Part shown: piece after piece, positions 47,383 to 57,341 of the stretch | Position numbering within the stretch: position 1 is the stretch's first letter | Layout of the letters: the number at the start of each line of letters is the position of its first letter | The notes under the pieces: model-generated | What the model was told of the DNA's origin: nothing | What the model saw: the letters and a program-made list of their open reading frames with translations, nothing else | Database searches by the model: none | Source: Vulcanimicrobiales bacterium | GTDB taxonomy: Bacteria > Vulcanimicrobiota > Vulcanimicrobiia > Vulcanimicrobiales > Vulcanimicrobiaceae | NCBI GenBank assembly: GCA_038231455.1 | Contig: JBBRLI010000008.1 | Coordinates: 1-64,000 of the forward strand | Reading direction: 5' to 3' | Length of the DNA stretch: 64,000 bases | Program-made: the position numbers and the translations under genes

Positions 47383-48861
47383 ATGCACGTGGTTTATATC
47401 GGCGCGGGCTCCAATCTTGGAGATCGCCAGAGCAATATTCTTCAGGCGCTTCAAAAGCTGCGCAAGGAAGCCCGGATCGAGGCCGTTTCTTCATATTATG
47501 AAACGCCCCCGGTCGGCTCGGTCGGCGGCCCAAACTTCCTCAACGTTGCGGCACGCCTAAGGACCACGCTCGACCCCGAGCAGTTCGAATCGTTCGTGCG
47601 TGGCGTCGAGGTGGCGACGGGACGCCAGCGCTCGCACGATCTGGCCGCGCGTCCGATCGACATCGACATCTTGTATTTCGATGACCGCATCAGTGATTTC
47701 GGTCGTTTCGAAGTGCCGCATCGGTACATCTCGGAGCGTCCGTTCAACTTGGTTCCGCTCGCGGAAATCGCGGCCGACCTCGTCGACCCGCGCCACAAGA
47801 AAACGATCGGCGAACTGGCCGCCGCGCTGCCGCCGCACGGCATCGTCAAGAAAGCTCGCGCGATGCACTTCTTCGCGAATCGTCAAGAAGAAGAACCCGA
47901 TGTGAAGCTTTCGCTCAACCGCGTCGGCGTGTCGTCGGTCAAGCGCATTATCCGCCTCAATATCGATGGCAAAGAGCAGATCTTCAACGGCGAATTCACA
48001 ATGGTCGCCGACTTGCGCCCCGACAAAGCCGGCGTGCACATGTCGCGCTTCTCCGAACTGCTCGAAGAAGCGACGCTCGACGTCCTCTCGCGCACTGATA
48101 AAGCGGGTCGAATCGAAGACCTCGTCGAGCAGATCGCGCACGAGATCGTGGGATCGCAGCGTGCGCTCCGCGCGGATGTGCGCCTGCGCGCCGAATTCGG
48201 ACTCGAACGCTGGACGCCGGTCAGCGGCAAACGTGGCGAGGAAACCTACACCCTCGTCGGGATCGCGCATGCGGACGAAACCGGGACTCGACGCGTAATC
48301 GGCGTCGAAGCCGAAGGCATGACCGCATGCCCGTGTGCGCAGCTCATGGTTCGCGAACACTCGATCCGCGAGCTCGTCGAGGCGGGCTTTAGTGAAACCG
48401 ATGCAACGCGCGCGCTCGATGCGCTTCCGGTCGCGACGCACAATCAGCGCGGCCGCGGATCGGTGCTCATCGGTACCTCGCGCGAACACGATGCGGCGGT
48501 GCGCGCCGAAGATCTCGTCGAGATCGTCGAGAATTCGATGTCGAGCGAAACCTACGATCTGCTCAAGCGCCCCGATGAATTCTTCATCGTCAACAAGGCG
48601 CACCATAATCCGAAATTTGTCGAAGACGTCGTGCGCGGGATCCTCGCGCGTTCGCTCGACGTGTATTCGGATCTGCCGGATGAGACGTTCATCAGCTCGA
48701 CGCAAGTGAACTACGAGTCGATCCACAAGCACGATGCGTTTGCCGAGGCGTTTGGCACGTTCGGTGAATATCGAAACGAGCTGCGCACGGGAACGTACGT
48801 GGAAACGAAGACCGATCTTGCCACATGGCTTGGCACGCGTCCGTCGCCGGTGGTTGCCTGA
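47383..48861 (+). CDS. FolK (HPPK) fused to FolE2/MptA-type GTP cyclohydrolase
   Basis: GSNLGDR, YETPP, FLN, RPIDIDIL, PH..I.ERPF; then GVHMSRF, GMTACPCAQ, ATHNQRG, LLKRPDE, NPKFVED.VR, ESIH.HDA. Confidence 0.92.
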   Translation: MHVVYIGAGSNLGDRQSNILQALQKLRKEARIEAVSSYYETPPVGSVGGPNFLNVAARLRTTLDPEQFESFVRGVEVATGRQRSHDLAARPIDIDILYFDDRISDFGRFEVPHRYISERPFNLVPLAEIAADLVDPRHKKTIGELAAALPPHGIVKKARAMHFFANRQEEEPDVKLSLNRVGVSSVKRIIRLNIDGKEQIFNGEFTMVADLRPDKAGVHMSRFSELLEEATLDVLSRTDKAGRIEDLVEQIAHEIVGSQRALRADVRLRAEFGLERWTPVSGKRGEETYTLVGIAHADETGTRRVIGVEAEGMTACPCAQLMVREHSIRELVEAGFSETDATRALDALPVATHNQRGRGSVLIGTSREHDAAVRAEDLVEIVENSMSSETYDLLKRPDEFFIVNKAHHNPKFVEDVVRGILARSLDVYSDLPDETFISSTQVNYESIHKHDAFAEAFGTFGEYRNELRTGTYVETKTDLATWLGTRPSPVVA

Positions 48862-50177
48862 TCGAAGTCTGGGCTTCACCCGAGCCGACGGTCGCGCGTG
48901 TTACCGATGCTGCATATCGCGATCAACTGGCGGAGACCGGACACGACGCGCGCATCGAGGATTGCGACCGTCTCGCGGACTTAGGGGTAGCGGCTAGCCG
49001 CTACCCCGTTCTGTGGGAGCGCGTCGCACCGCTCGATCCGCGCGAACGCGATTATACGTGGGCACACGCGCGACTCGCGCGTTTGCGCGCACGCGGCGTC
49101 GAACCGATCCTGACGTTGTTGCACCACGGCTCCGGCCCACTCTACACAAATTTGCTCGATCCGCAGTTCCCTGCGCTCTTCGCGGATTATGCCGAAGCAA
49201 CGTCGCGCGCGTTTCCGTGGGTCAAGCGCTGGACGCCGATCAACGAAGCGCTCACGACCGCACGCTTCTCGACGCTGTACGGGGTGTGGTACCCAAACGC
49301 TCAAGATGACCGCGCTTTCGGAACGGCAATCGTCAATGAAACGCTCGCGACGATTGCTGCGATGGAGCGCATCCGTCGCATCATCCCGGACGCGCAACTC
49401 GTAACGACCGAGGATTTGCAGCGCTTTACGGCCGCCGACGCGGGCGCTCGATCGTTGGTCGACTTTTTACGTGAACGCCGCTGGCTTTCGGTCGAACTCT
49501 TGCAGGGACGGATCGTGCCGGGCCATGCAATGCATGCGTATCTCACCGAGCAGTGCGGCGTCTCGACGAATGAACTGCGCGAACTTGCCGCTCGGGCCAC
49601 CCCGCCGGATCTTGCCGCGTTCAATCACTACCCGCACTCCGAGCGGTATCTCTTCACGCAGACCAGCGGCGAAACGGGTGATGTGCCGGCCGTCTATGTT
49701 GCCGCCGAACCGGCGCTGCGCGTCGAGCCGCTCCTGCGCGAAGCCGCCGCGCGACTCGGTCTGCCGCTTGCCATCGGAGAAGTCCACATCAACGCCTCGG
49801 CGCGCGAACGCGTGCGGTGGCTGGCACAGCATCACGACGATGCGCAAGTGCTCGTCGCGGAGGGGATCGATGTCCGTGCCGTGGGCGTGTGGGCGGCGTT
49901 TGGCATGATCGACTGGCATTCGCTCCTTCGCGCGCGCACCGGTGTGATCGAAGACGGCATTTACACGTTTGCTGCACCGGGTGCTGTTCCGCAGCCAACG
50001 CTCCTCACCGATGCCGTGAAGCAACTTGCAGCTGGTCTTTCGATCGCGGACGACGGGACGCGTGGCTGGTGGGAACGGCCAGAGCGCCTGCGCACGCCCG
50101 AAGAACTCTGCGCCCTGCGAGACCGGGGTGTTCCGGAAGGCGAACACGTGCGGATCGTCGATACGGCTCTGGCATGA
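48858..50177 (+). CDS. Family-1 glycoside hydrolase-like TIM-barrel protein (start CTG 48858 or ATG 48825)
   Basis: RYPVLWE, TLLHHGSGP, WTPINE.LTTARFS.LYG.WYP, IGEVH. Confidence 0.82.
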   Translation: MIEVWASPEPTVARVTDAAYRDQLAETGHDARIEDCDRLADLGVAASRYPVLWERVAPLDPRERDYTWAHARLARLRARGVEPILTLLHHGSGPLYTNLLDPQFPALFADYAEATSRAFPWVKRWTPINEALTTARFSTLYGVWYPNAQDDRAFGTAIVNETLATIAAMERIRRIIPDAQLVTTEDLQRFTAADAGARSLVDFLRERRWLSVELLQGRIVPGHAMHAYLTEQCGVSTNELRELAARATPPDLAAFNHYPHSERYLFTQTSGETGDVPAVYVAAEPALRVEPLLREAAARLGLPLAIGEVHINASARERVRWLAQHHDDAQVLVAEGIDVRAVGVWAAFGMIDWHSLLRARTGVIEDGIYTFAAPGAVPQPTLLTDAVKQLAAGLSIADDGTRGWWERPERLRTPEELCALRDRGVPEGEHVRIVDTALA

Positions 50178-51241
50178 ATCGTGTTCTGGTCGTGGGTCTT
50201 CATTTGCGATACGACGGCGTCCGCCAACGCCCGCAGCATTTGCTCTCGCGCATCGCCGCACACACGCCGGTGATCGTAATCGAAGAAGTTTTTCCAGCAC
50301 GTGAAGACCGCGATGAGATCCGCGTCGAGGGGAACGTCACGATCGTGCGGCCGCTTCGCGCGCGACCGTACGGGGCGCCGCTAATCGACGCGGCCGGTAT
50401 CGCGACGGTGCGTGCGCTCGTCGGGGATCGCGACCCGATCGTTTGGCTCTATACGCCGATGATGCTCGAGCTTGCCGATGCATTCCCGCGCGCGCGCCTC
50501 GTGTTCGACTGCATGGACGAACTCTCGGCATTCGATTTTGCACCGCCGGAGTTAGTCGAGCGCGAACGGCAGTTGCTCGCGCGCGCCGATGTCGTCTTTA
50601 CCGGCGGACCGTCGCTGTATGAAGCGCGTAAAGCACTCGGTCCGAAGGTGTATTGCTATCCGAGCTGCGTGGAATTCGAACGCTTTGCCAAACGACCGCC
50701 GCCGCATCCGCTCACCGTGGAACTCGCGCGGCCGGTCGTCGGCTACATCGGCGTGATCGACGAGCGAATCGACATCGGATTGATCGCGGCCCTTGCGGAT
50801 AGTGCGCTTGCCCCAAATATTGTGATGGTGGGTCCGATCGTGAAAATCGACCCGGCGATCCTGCCGCGGCGCACGAACGTTCACTACACCGGCCAAATGC
50901 GCTACGAACTCTTGCCGTCGTTTCTCGCCGGTTTCGACGCCGCGCTGATGCCGTTTGCCAAAAATAAGAGCACGCGCTTCATCTCGCCCACCAAGACCCT
51001 CGAATATTTCGCGGCAAGCGTGCCGGTTGCAACGACCTCGATCGTCGATGTCGTTGGGCCGTACGGAGATCTCGTCGATGCCGGTGACGATCCGAGTGGG
51101 TTCGTATCGGCGGTTGAACGGGCGCTCGCTGCCGATCCCGCGCGCACGGCGCGCGCCGCCGTCATGGCAAAGAATCAGAGTTGGGATCGCACCGCCGAGT
51201 CGATGTGGAATGACATCGTCGCGGCTGCCGCAGCGCTATGA
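50174..51241 (+). CDS. Glycosyltransferase (GT-B, GT4-like)
   Basis: RQRPQHLLSR, WLYTPM, FDCMDELSAF, GYIGVIDERID, ISPTKTLEY. Confidence 0.9.
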   Translation: MNRVLVVGLHLRYDGVRQRPQHLLSRIAAHTPVIVIEEVFPAREDRDEIRVEGNVTIVRPLRARPYGAPLIDAAGIATVRALVGDRDPIVWLYTPMMLELADAFPRARLVFDCMDELSAFDFAPPELVERERQLLARADVVFTGGPSLYEARKALGPKVYCYPSCVEFERFAKRPPPHPLTVELARPVVGYIGVIDERIDIGLIAALADSALAPNIVMVGPIVKIDPAILPRRTNVHYTGQMRYELLPSFLAGFDAALMPFAKNKSTRFISPTKTLEYFAASVPVATTSIVDVVGPYGDLVDAGDDPSGFVSAVERALAADPARTARAAVMAKNQSWDRTAESMWNDIVAAAAAL

Positions 51242-51933
51242 GCAAAGCCCGCGACCTGCTCGACGTTCCCGCCTTGCTCACGTACTTGCGTGGACTCAAA
51301 CGCAACAACGACCGGGCGTGGTTCACCGAGCACCGCGCGACCTTTGACGAACTGCGCGCGCAGTTTGAAGACTTCGTTACGGCACTCCTGATCGAGTGCA
51401 CGTCCTTCGATGAGTCGCTCGCCTTTGTCGATCCCAAAGCGTGCATCTTCCGGATCTATCGCGACGTGCGCTTCTCCAAAGAGAAGACGCCGTATAAAAC
51501 CCGCTTCGCAGCCTACGTGCCGGGCGGCGGTAAAGTGGGCACCTCGCCTGGTTACTACATCGGAATCGAACCGGGCCGGACGATTCTCGGCGGCGGCATC
51601 TACACGCCCACCAAAGACCACCTCGCGTCGCTTCGCGCGGGCTTCGTGCGCGATGCCCGGCCGTTTAAGAAAATCGTCGATGCCGCGCCGTTTCGCAAAC
51701 GGTTCGAACGCGATTTTGACCCGCTCGTTACGGCGCCGCGCGGGTATGCCAAAGATCATCCCGAGATCGAACTCATTCGCAGTCGCCGTTTTACCGTGCA
51801 CCGCGCCATTGCGGATAAAGAACTTGCGACGCTCGACCTCCTTGCCGAGGCCGTCAAGACGTTTCGCGCGCTCCGACCGTTCGTTGCTTATCTCGAACCC
51901 GCAGCGGAGGATGCGGAGTGGACCGAGGACTGA
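51238..51933 (+). CDS. DUF2461 family protein
   Basis: L..NNDR.WF, IFRIYRDVRFSK.KTPYK, PRGY.KDHP. Confidence 0.9.
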   Translation: MSKARDLLDVPALLTYLRGLKRNNDRAWFTEHRATFDELRAQFEDFVTALLIECTSFDESLAFVDPKACIFRIYRDVRFSKEKTPYKTRFAAYVPGGGKVGTSPGYYIGIEPGRTILGGGIYTPTKDHLASLRAGFVRDARPFKKIVDAAPFRKRFERDFDPLVTAPRGYAKDHPEIELIRSRRFTVHRAIADKELATLDLLAEAVKTFRALRPFVAYLEPAAEDAEWTED

Positions 51934-51965
51934 GGCCGACCGCACCGTAAGGATGCGCTCGCCGC

Positions 51966-52790
51966 TTGCCGATAGTCTTTAGTAAGGAGACTATCGTGAC
52001 GATCGGGACGGATCTGCATCGCCACCGGCCCTTTAAGAGCGGTCTTGTTGCCTCTTGTCTTGTCGTTCTCACCATTGCGAGGCTGACCGCTCAGATGCGG
52101 GCCGCCGACGCCCGCGGTCAAGCTGTTAGTGCGATCCAAAGTCGTGTCGTGGATCACGTTCGGTTGCGGATGATCGTCATCGACTTGAACGATCCGCGCG
52201 TGCGGGTCGGTGTCGAAATCGCGTGCGGCTTCCCGCACCGCAGCGAAGAGTTTCTCTCGATGGTCCGCCGCGTCCAGCCGGTGGTCGCGGTCAACGGCAA
52301 TTTTTTCTCCGAGACAACGAACGTCCCGGTCGGTGACATCGTGATCGAGGGCCACAAAATTCACGAAGGCAACTTCGGCACAGCACTTGCGATCACGCGC
52401 GATAACGAAGTTTCGATCGTGCGCGTGTGGCGGGATCGAAAATACGACTGGACGGGCTACGAAACGGTGCTCGCCTGCGGCCCGGCGCTCGTGCTCAACC
52501 GGCGCATCGATGTCGATCCGCGAGCCGAGCATTTCCACGATCCGCACATCTTGCGCTCGACCCGGCGGCTCGGCGTTGCGATGTTGCTCGGGCACCGGCT
52601 CGCGCTGGTTACCACGAGCACGCCCGTTACGTTCCAGAAATTTGCACGCGTCATGTACGATCTGGGTGCAACGGATGCGATGAACCTCGATGCCGGTGCA
52701 TCGCTTGCAATGTTCTACAAAGGCAAGACCGTCATCAAGCCGCACCGCAAGATCGCCGACATCCTCACCGTCCGCGTTGACGGTGAGTAG
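51966..52790 (+). CDS. Phosphodiester glycosidase (NAGPA) family protein
   Basis: AVNGNFF, GPALV, AMNLDAGAS. Confidence 0.85.
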   Translation: MPIVFSKETIVTIGTDLHRHRPFKSGLVASCLVVLTIARLTAQMRAADARGQAVSAIQSRVVDHVRLRMIVIDLNDPRVRVGVEIACGFPHRSEEFLSMVRRVQPVVAVNGNFFSETTNVPVGDIVIEGHKIHEGNFGTALAITRDNEVSIVRVWRDRKYDWTGYETVLACGPALVLNRRIDVDPRAEHFHDPHILRSTRRLGVAMLLGHRLALVTTSTPVTFQKFARVMYDLGATDAMNLDAGASLAMFYKGKTVIKPHRKIADILTVRVDGE

Positions 52791-52943
52791 GCTTTCGATC
52801 GGCAAGCCGTCGCTTGGAAATCGCACGCTACGTGTGAAGACGCGGGAACCGGTGTTCACGAGACCTTCACGCCATTGATTTAGCATGCTGCGGGAGGCCG
52901 AAGTTGGCATTCGCAGCACTCGCTGCGATCCTAGAGCACAGAT

Positions 52944-53724
52944 GTGAATCGTACCGACTTACTCAAGCTTACGGGCGCGACTTCCTTGATGGGTGCTGCC
53001 GCTTGGGTCGTCGGCTTACCGGGCGAATCGTCTGCTCGACCAAATGCGTCTGCTGCTGATTCCGTCGCCGCGCTCGACGGAGGCCGTGCGGATTTCACCG
53101 TGCGGATGGTGCCCGCTTCGATCGAAGGTCGATACCGTGGAGCTCGGCGTCGCCGAGCGCGTTGATGCGATCGTTGAAATGAGCACTCCGGGCGTTTGGA
53201 TTTTCGGCAGCACGGATGCGACGTTGCGTAGTCGCGGCCTGGGCACCATCATCGAGTACGCGGGAGCGCAAGGTGCAGCGGTCTGGCGCGATCCGTCGCT
53301 CTTCTCACCGTGGGACTATACGAGTTTCGGAAATGATTCTCGCCTGCCCGCAATCGACGGACGCTTCGAGCTCGTGCTGCGGCAAGCGATGGGTATGGCG
53401 AATCGCTGGACGATCAACGGACGCTCCTACCCGGAAACCACGCCGCTTGCTGTCGAGCGCGGTAAACGGTATCGCTTGACGATCGGCAACATGAGCATGA
53501 TGGAGCATCCGATCCATTTACACGGTCACATCTTCGAGCTCGTATCGGTCGACGGCATTGCGACGAGCGGCGTACGCAAAGACACGATCGTTGTGCGGCC
53601 CATGATGGGACAAGTCGCGTTTGATGTTGTCGCTGACAATCCGGGGACGTTCTTACTCCACTGCCACAACGATCTCCACATGGATGGCGGCTTAATGACA
53701 ACACTCGCCTATCGCAAGGTCTAA
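52944..53724 (+). pseudogene. Multicopper oxidase remnant: Tat-like leader joined out of frame to C-terminal domains
   Basis: MNRTDLLK.. leader to ADFTVRM.PASIE; second frame LGVAERVDAIVEM, WTING, HPIHLHGH, HCHNDLHM; N-terminal HWH/HTH copper motifs missing. Confidence 0.8.
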
Positions 53725-53748
53725 CACGCTCTCAACTGCAGAGCAGAG

Positions 53749-54114
53749 ATGGAAAGAATCATGATTGACAATCAAATGACGACAGCTCAACCGGTACAGG
53801 CTCGATTGAGCCCGCTCGCACTAGCGTCGGGATTCGGTGTCGCCGGCGTCCTCGCAACCGTCCTTCTCGGCGCGATGGGTACGATGGGCGGCGGCTGGAT
53901 GCACGGCTCCACTGGCGGAGGATTCGGCAACGGTGGTTGGATGATGGGCGGTGGCTCGGGTTACGGCGGCGGTTCGATGATGGGCGGTGGCCTGAGCATG
54001 TTCGCGTTCGCGTTGATGTGGGGCTTTCTCGGCGGCGCATTCGTCGGCGGCGTCAGCGCGTGGGTTTACAATGCGGTCGTCGCGCGAAACGTAACCACCG
54101 CAAGTCGGCTTTAG
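53749..54114 (+). CDS. Gly/Met-rich small membrane protein
   Basis: Two TM helices flanking GGWMHG/GGWMMGG/MMGGG repeats; C-terminal AWVYN. Confidence 0.75.
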   Translation: MERIMIDNQMTTAQPVQARLSPLALASGFGVAGVLATVLLGAMGTMGGGWMHGSTGGGFGNGGWMMGGGSGYGGGSMMGGGLSMFAFALMWGFLGGAFVGGVSAWVYNAVVARNVTTASRL

Positions 54115-55274
54115 ATCGTCGCGGCAAGTGCCGCGATGCGCGCCTTAAGCGAGGGATGCGAGGTGAAAAACGTCTCCATCCACGCGGGCTGTTCGTCTTC
54201 AGCAAGATTCTGGTCGCGTAAGCGTGCGAATGCGGCGATGCCGCTCGCTGCATCGTTCGTCGCGGCGAGCGCGAAGCGGTCTGCGGCCCATTCAATCTGC
54301 CGCGAATATGCCGCGCTTACGGGTCCGAGCAGCGTCGTAATGAGCGAGGCGTAGAAGGCGAACCGCAGAGCGTCTTCGAGCGTCAAGATCGGCCGCGCGC
54401 GGTTGAGCGCGTGCGCACCGATGATCGTCACCGCGAGCAGTCCGGAGCTGACTCCGATGCCGCGCCAGGCATCGCGCCCGACGTAGTGGCCGAGTTCGTG
54501 CGCGACGACGAAGAGCGTCTCGTCATCCTTGAAGTGTTCGATGAGCGTATCGCCGAGCACGATGCGTTCGGTGCCAAGCACGCCGGTGACGTACGCGTTG
54601 GCTTTGGTCGTGCGGCGGCTCATGTCCACGCGCAAAATGTCCGCGTTGCCGACACCGTAGGCTCGTGCGAGCGAGCGGATACGCTCTTCAAGAGCGCCCT
54701 CGATTGGGACGAATTTATTGAACAGCGGCATGACGAACGTCGGGACGACGACGGTGAGGACGGCCAGCAGCGGCGGCGCTGCAGCGACGGCGACGAGCGG
54801 CCACGTGCGCGGCAAACGCCGCACGAGGGCATCGGCCGCGAGCGCCATACCAAAGGTAAAGACACCGCCGAGGGCAACCGATTTGATTCGGTCGTTCAGC
54901 CAATCGGCGTCGGTTTGCGTCGCAGTCCCGTAGCGGCGTTCCAGCACGATGCCCTCGACGTAGTCGGCCGGCAATTCCGCGACCGATCCCAGGAGTGTAA
55001 GCGCACCGATCGCAAGCCCGAGCTTCAGCGCGCGCGGGCGCTCGGGGAGAATGCGGTCGAGCAACGGCGCAACGACGAATGCCGTCATCGCAAGCGACGC
55101 AAGCGAACGGCTCATCCCCGCGAGCATGAGCGCGCGTTTTTCTGCTCCGTAGGCACGCGCGTCTCCGGGCGTCGGAGTGCTCGGCTTCGAACGTTCGCGC
55201 CGCGCATCTCCGATACGCACCGCGGCGTAGCCGAGCGTGGCACCAGTAGCGAGCGCGATGTAAAAACGACGCAT
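54111..55274 (-). CDS. M48 (Ste24-like) membrane zinc peptidase
   Basis: NAYVTG, RIVLGDTL, AHELGH, EWAADRFA, SHP.L.ARI. Confidence 0.93.
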   Translation of the reverse strand: MRRFYIALATGATLGYAAVRIGDARRERSKPSTPTPGDARAYGAEKRALMLAGMSRSLASLAMTAFVVAPLLDRILPERPRALKLGLAIGALTLLGSVAELPADYVEGIVLERRYGTATQTDADWLNDRIKSVALGGVFTFGMALAADALVRRLPRTWPLVAVAAAPPLLAVLTVVVPTFVMPLFNKFVPIEGALEERIRSLARAYGVGNADILRVDMSRRTTKANAYVTGVLGTERIVLGDTLIEHFKDDETLFVVAHELGHYVGRDAWRGIGVSSGLLAVTIIGAHALNRARPILTLEDALRFAFYASLITTLLGPVSAAYSRQIEWAADRFALAATNDAASGIAAFARLRDQNLAEDEQPAWMETFFTSHPSLKARIAALAATI

Positions 55275-55285
55275 ACGAGAACTCC

Positions 55286-56794
55286 TTGAATGTGAAAGCG
55301 TGGGTAAACGGTCCGATTTATTGCTACGACCCTGCGGGCGGAACGTATCGCGCAAGCGATGCGCTGGTCATCGAGGGAGGGCGCATCGTTTCGACCGATG
55401 CCGCCGACATCGGCGCAGGTATCCAGACGATCGACTTGGGTGGACGGGCGTTGTACCCGGCATTCGCCGATTGTCACGTGCATCTCACCGACACCGGCTA
55501 CTATTTAGACGAACGGAATCTGAGCGCCGCTCGGTCGTACGACGATTTTGCCGCGCGCGTGCGGGCACTCGTTCCCGAGCGGTACGTCCTAGCTGGAAAT
55601 TACGACGAGAGCTTTTGGCACGATCGCCGACTTGCGGATGCCGCTCCACTCGGCGGAGCGCTCTCCGAGAGCTACGCGATGCTCGTGCGCGTCGACTCGC
55701 ATTCGTGCATCGTCAACCCGAAGACGCTCGCGTTCCTTGACCTCGACCCGACTCTTGTAGGAATCGAGCGCGACCCGGACGGCAAGCCGACTGGAAAACT
55801 CTTCACCGATGCAAACTGGCAGGCGCAAGCGCGATTTTTCGGCGGGTTGCCCGAAGCGACCAAACGCGCTGCCGAGCAGCGTGCTGTCGCGCTCGCGCAG
55901 TCGCAGGGCGCAGTCCATCTGCACGTCCAGCTGGTCGGATTCGGTTCGCACGACGCGTATCGTGCCGAGGTTGAGGCGCTGCGCGCGCACTCGGGTGTGC
56001 AAATGTATCCGAAGATTTGCGAACGCGATCCGCAGCTCGCGCACGATCTCGGCTTGCCGTACGTCGGCGGCGATGTCTTTCTCGATGGGTCGATCGGCAG
56101 CGGTACGGCGGCAATGACGCACGCGTACGCCGACCGCGCGGGAACCGGCACGCTCGCGCACGACGATGCAACGGTCGAGCGGTACTTTGCGGAAGCCGAA
56201 CGGCTGGGTATTTCAGCGGGCGTGCACGCGATCGGCGATCGCGCGATCGAACAGTGTCTCTCGAGGTGGGAACGCGTGCTCGGCGGCAAACCGTCGCCTC
56301 GCAACCGTCACTTTATCGAGCACTTCGAGGTCGCGCGCCCCGATCAGATCGCGCGTGCGGTGAACCTCGGCATCTATCTCTCGATGCAGCCGCAGTTCGA
56401 TGCGCTCTGGGGCGGGGAAGGCGGCATGTACGACGTGCGCCTGGGGACCGAGCGCATGCGCTCGATGAATGCCTTCGCGTCGGCAAAACGTGCCGGTGCA
56501 ACGATCGTCGGCGGGGATGACTCGCCCGTCTGCCCGCTCGTTCCGCTCGCGGGCATGCAGGCGGCGGTGGCGCACCAGACACCAAGCGAACGCGTCGCAA
56601 TCGAAGACGCGCTCACGATGTACGCTTACGATGCAGCTCGGTTCGGTCATGTTGAAGGGCAAACCGGGCGGCTTGCTGCCGGATTCGCCGCGGATTTCGT
56701 TATCCTGGCGGGAGACCCGATTGCCGATAGAACCTTTGAGAAGACACGGATTGTCGAAACATGGAGTCAAGGAGAACGCGTGTATGCTGCTTAG
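55286..56794 (+). CDS. Amidohydrolase-3 (YtcJ-like)
   Basis: PAFADCHVH, FLDGSIG, HAIGDRA, IEH, SMQP.F, GGDDSP, ADFVIL. Confidence 0.92.
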   Translation: MNVKAWVNGPIYCYDPAGGTYRASDALVIEGGRIVSTDAADIGAGIQTIDLGGRALYPAFADCHVHLTDTGYYLDERNLSAARSYDDFAARVRALVPERYVLAGNYDESFWHDRRLADAAPLGGALSESYAMLVRVDSHSCIVNPKTLAFLDLDPTLVGIERDPDGKPTGKLFTDANWQAQARFFGGLPEATKRAAEQRAVALAQSQGAVHLHVQLVGFGSHDAYRAEVEALRAHSGVQMYPKICERDPQLAHDLGLPYVGGDVFLDGSIGSGTAAMTHAYADRAGTGTLAHDDATVERYFAEAERLGISAGVHAIGDRAIEQCLSRWERVLGGKPSPRNRHFIEHFEVARPDQIARAVNLGIYLSMQPQFDALWGGEGGMYDVRLGTERMRSMNAFASAKRAGATIVGGDDSPVCPLVPLAGMQAAVAHQTPSERVAIEDALTMYAYDAARFGHVEGQTGRLAAGFAADFVILAGDPIADRTFEKTRIVETWSQGERVYAA

Positions 56795-57341
56795 AACCCT
56801 TGCCGGCGCAATGTCGCTTGCCGCGCTCTGCGCGCTGCCCGCTGCGGCCGCGACCGTGACGGGTCAATTAACGGAGCCCGGTTTTGCGTGGGTCTCGCAA
56901 GGCCAGCGTGGCAAAGCCGCGGATGAAGCCTCGATGCGCAACACGCACAAAGCCTTCGTCCCGGATTTTCTTGTGATCCCCGCGGGTTCGAGCGTGCGCT
57001 TCCCAAATGACGACCAGTTTTTTCACTCGATCTACTCCGAGTCGGATCCCGATCCGTTTGACATCGGCTTCTACGACACGGGACCGGGGAAAGTCGTCCC
57101 GTTCGATAAGGCCGGTGTCGTTGAAGTGCGTTGCCACGTTCACGCACGAATGTATGCGGTCATCGTCGTTGTCGACGGTCCCTACGCGCGGACGATGAAC
57201 GCGAATGAAACATTTTCAATCGCCGGTGTGACGCCCGGCCCGCACGTATTGCATACCTGGACGCCGGCTGCGGGCGAGAAAAAGATTGCGATTCGCGTCG
57301 CCGCGATCGGCTCGCACCTTGCGCTAGAGAAGACCTTCTAG
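56784..57341 (+). CDS. Secreted cupredoxin-domain protein with C-terminal beta-sandwich
   Basis: Signal peptide, F.P..LVI..G..V.FPNDD..FHSIYS, CHVHARM copper ligands. Confidence 0.85.
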   Translation: MLLRTLAGAMSLAALCALPAAAATVTGQLTEPGFAWVSQGQRGKAADEASMRNTHKAFVPDFLVIPAGSSVRFPNDDQFFHSIYSESDPDPFDIGFYDTGPGKVVPFDKAGVVEVRCHVHARMYAVIVVVDGPYARTMNANETFSIAGVTPGPHVLHTWTPAAGEKKIAIRVAAIGSHLALEKTF

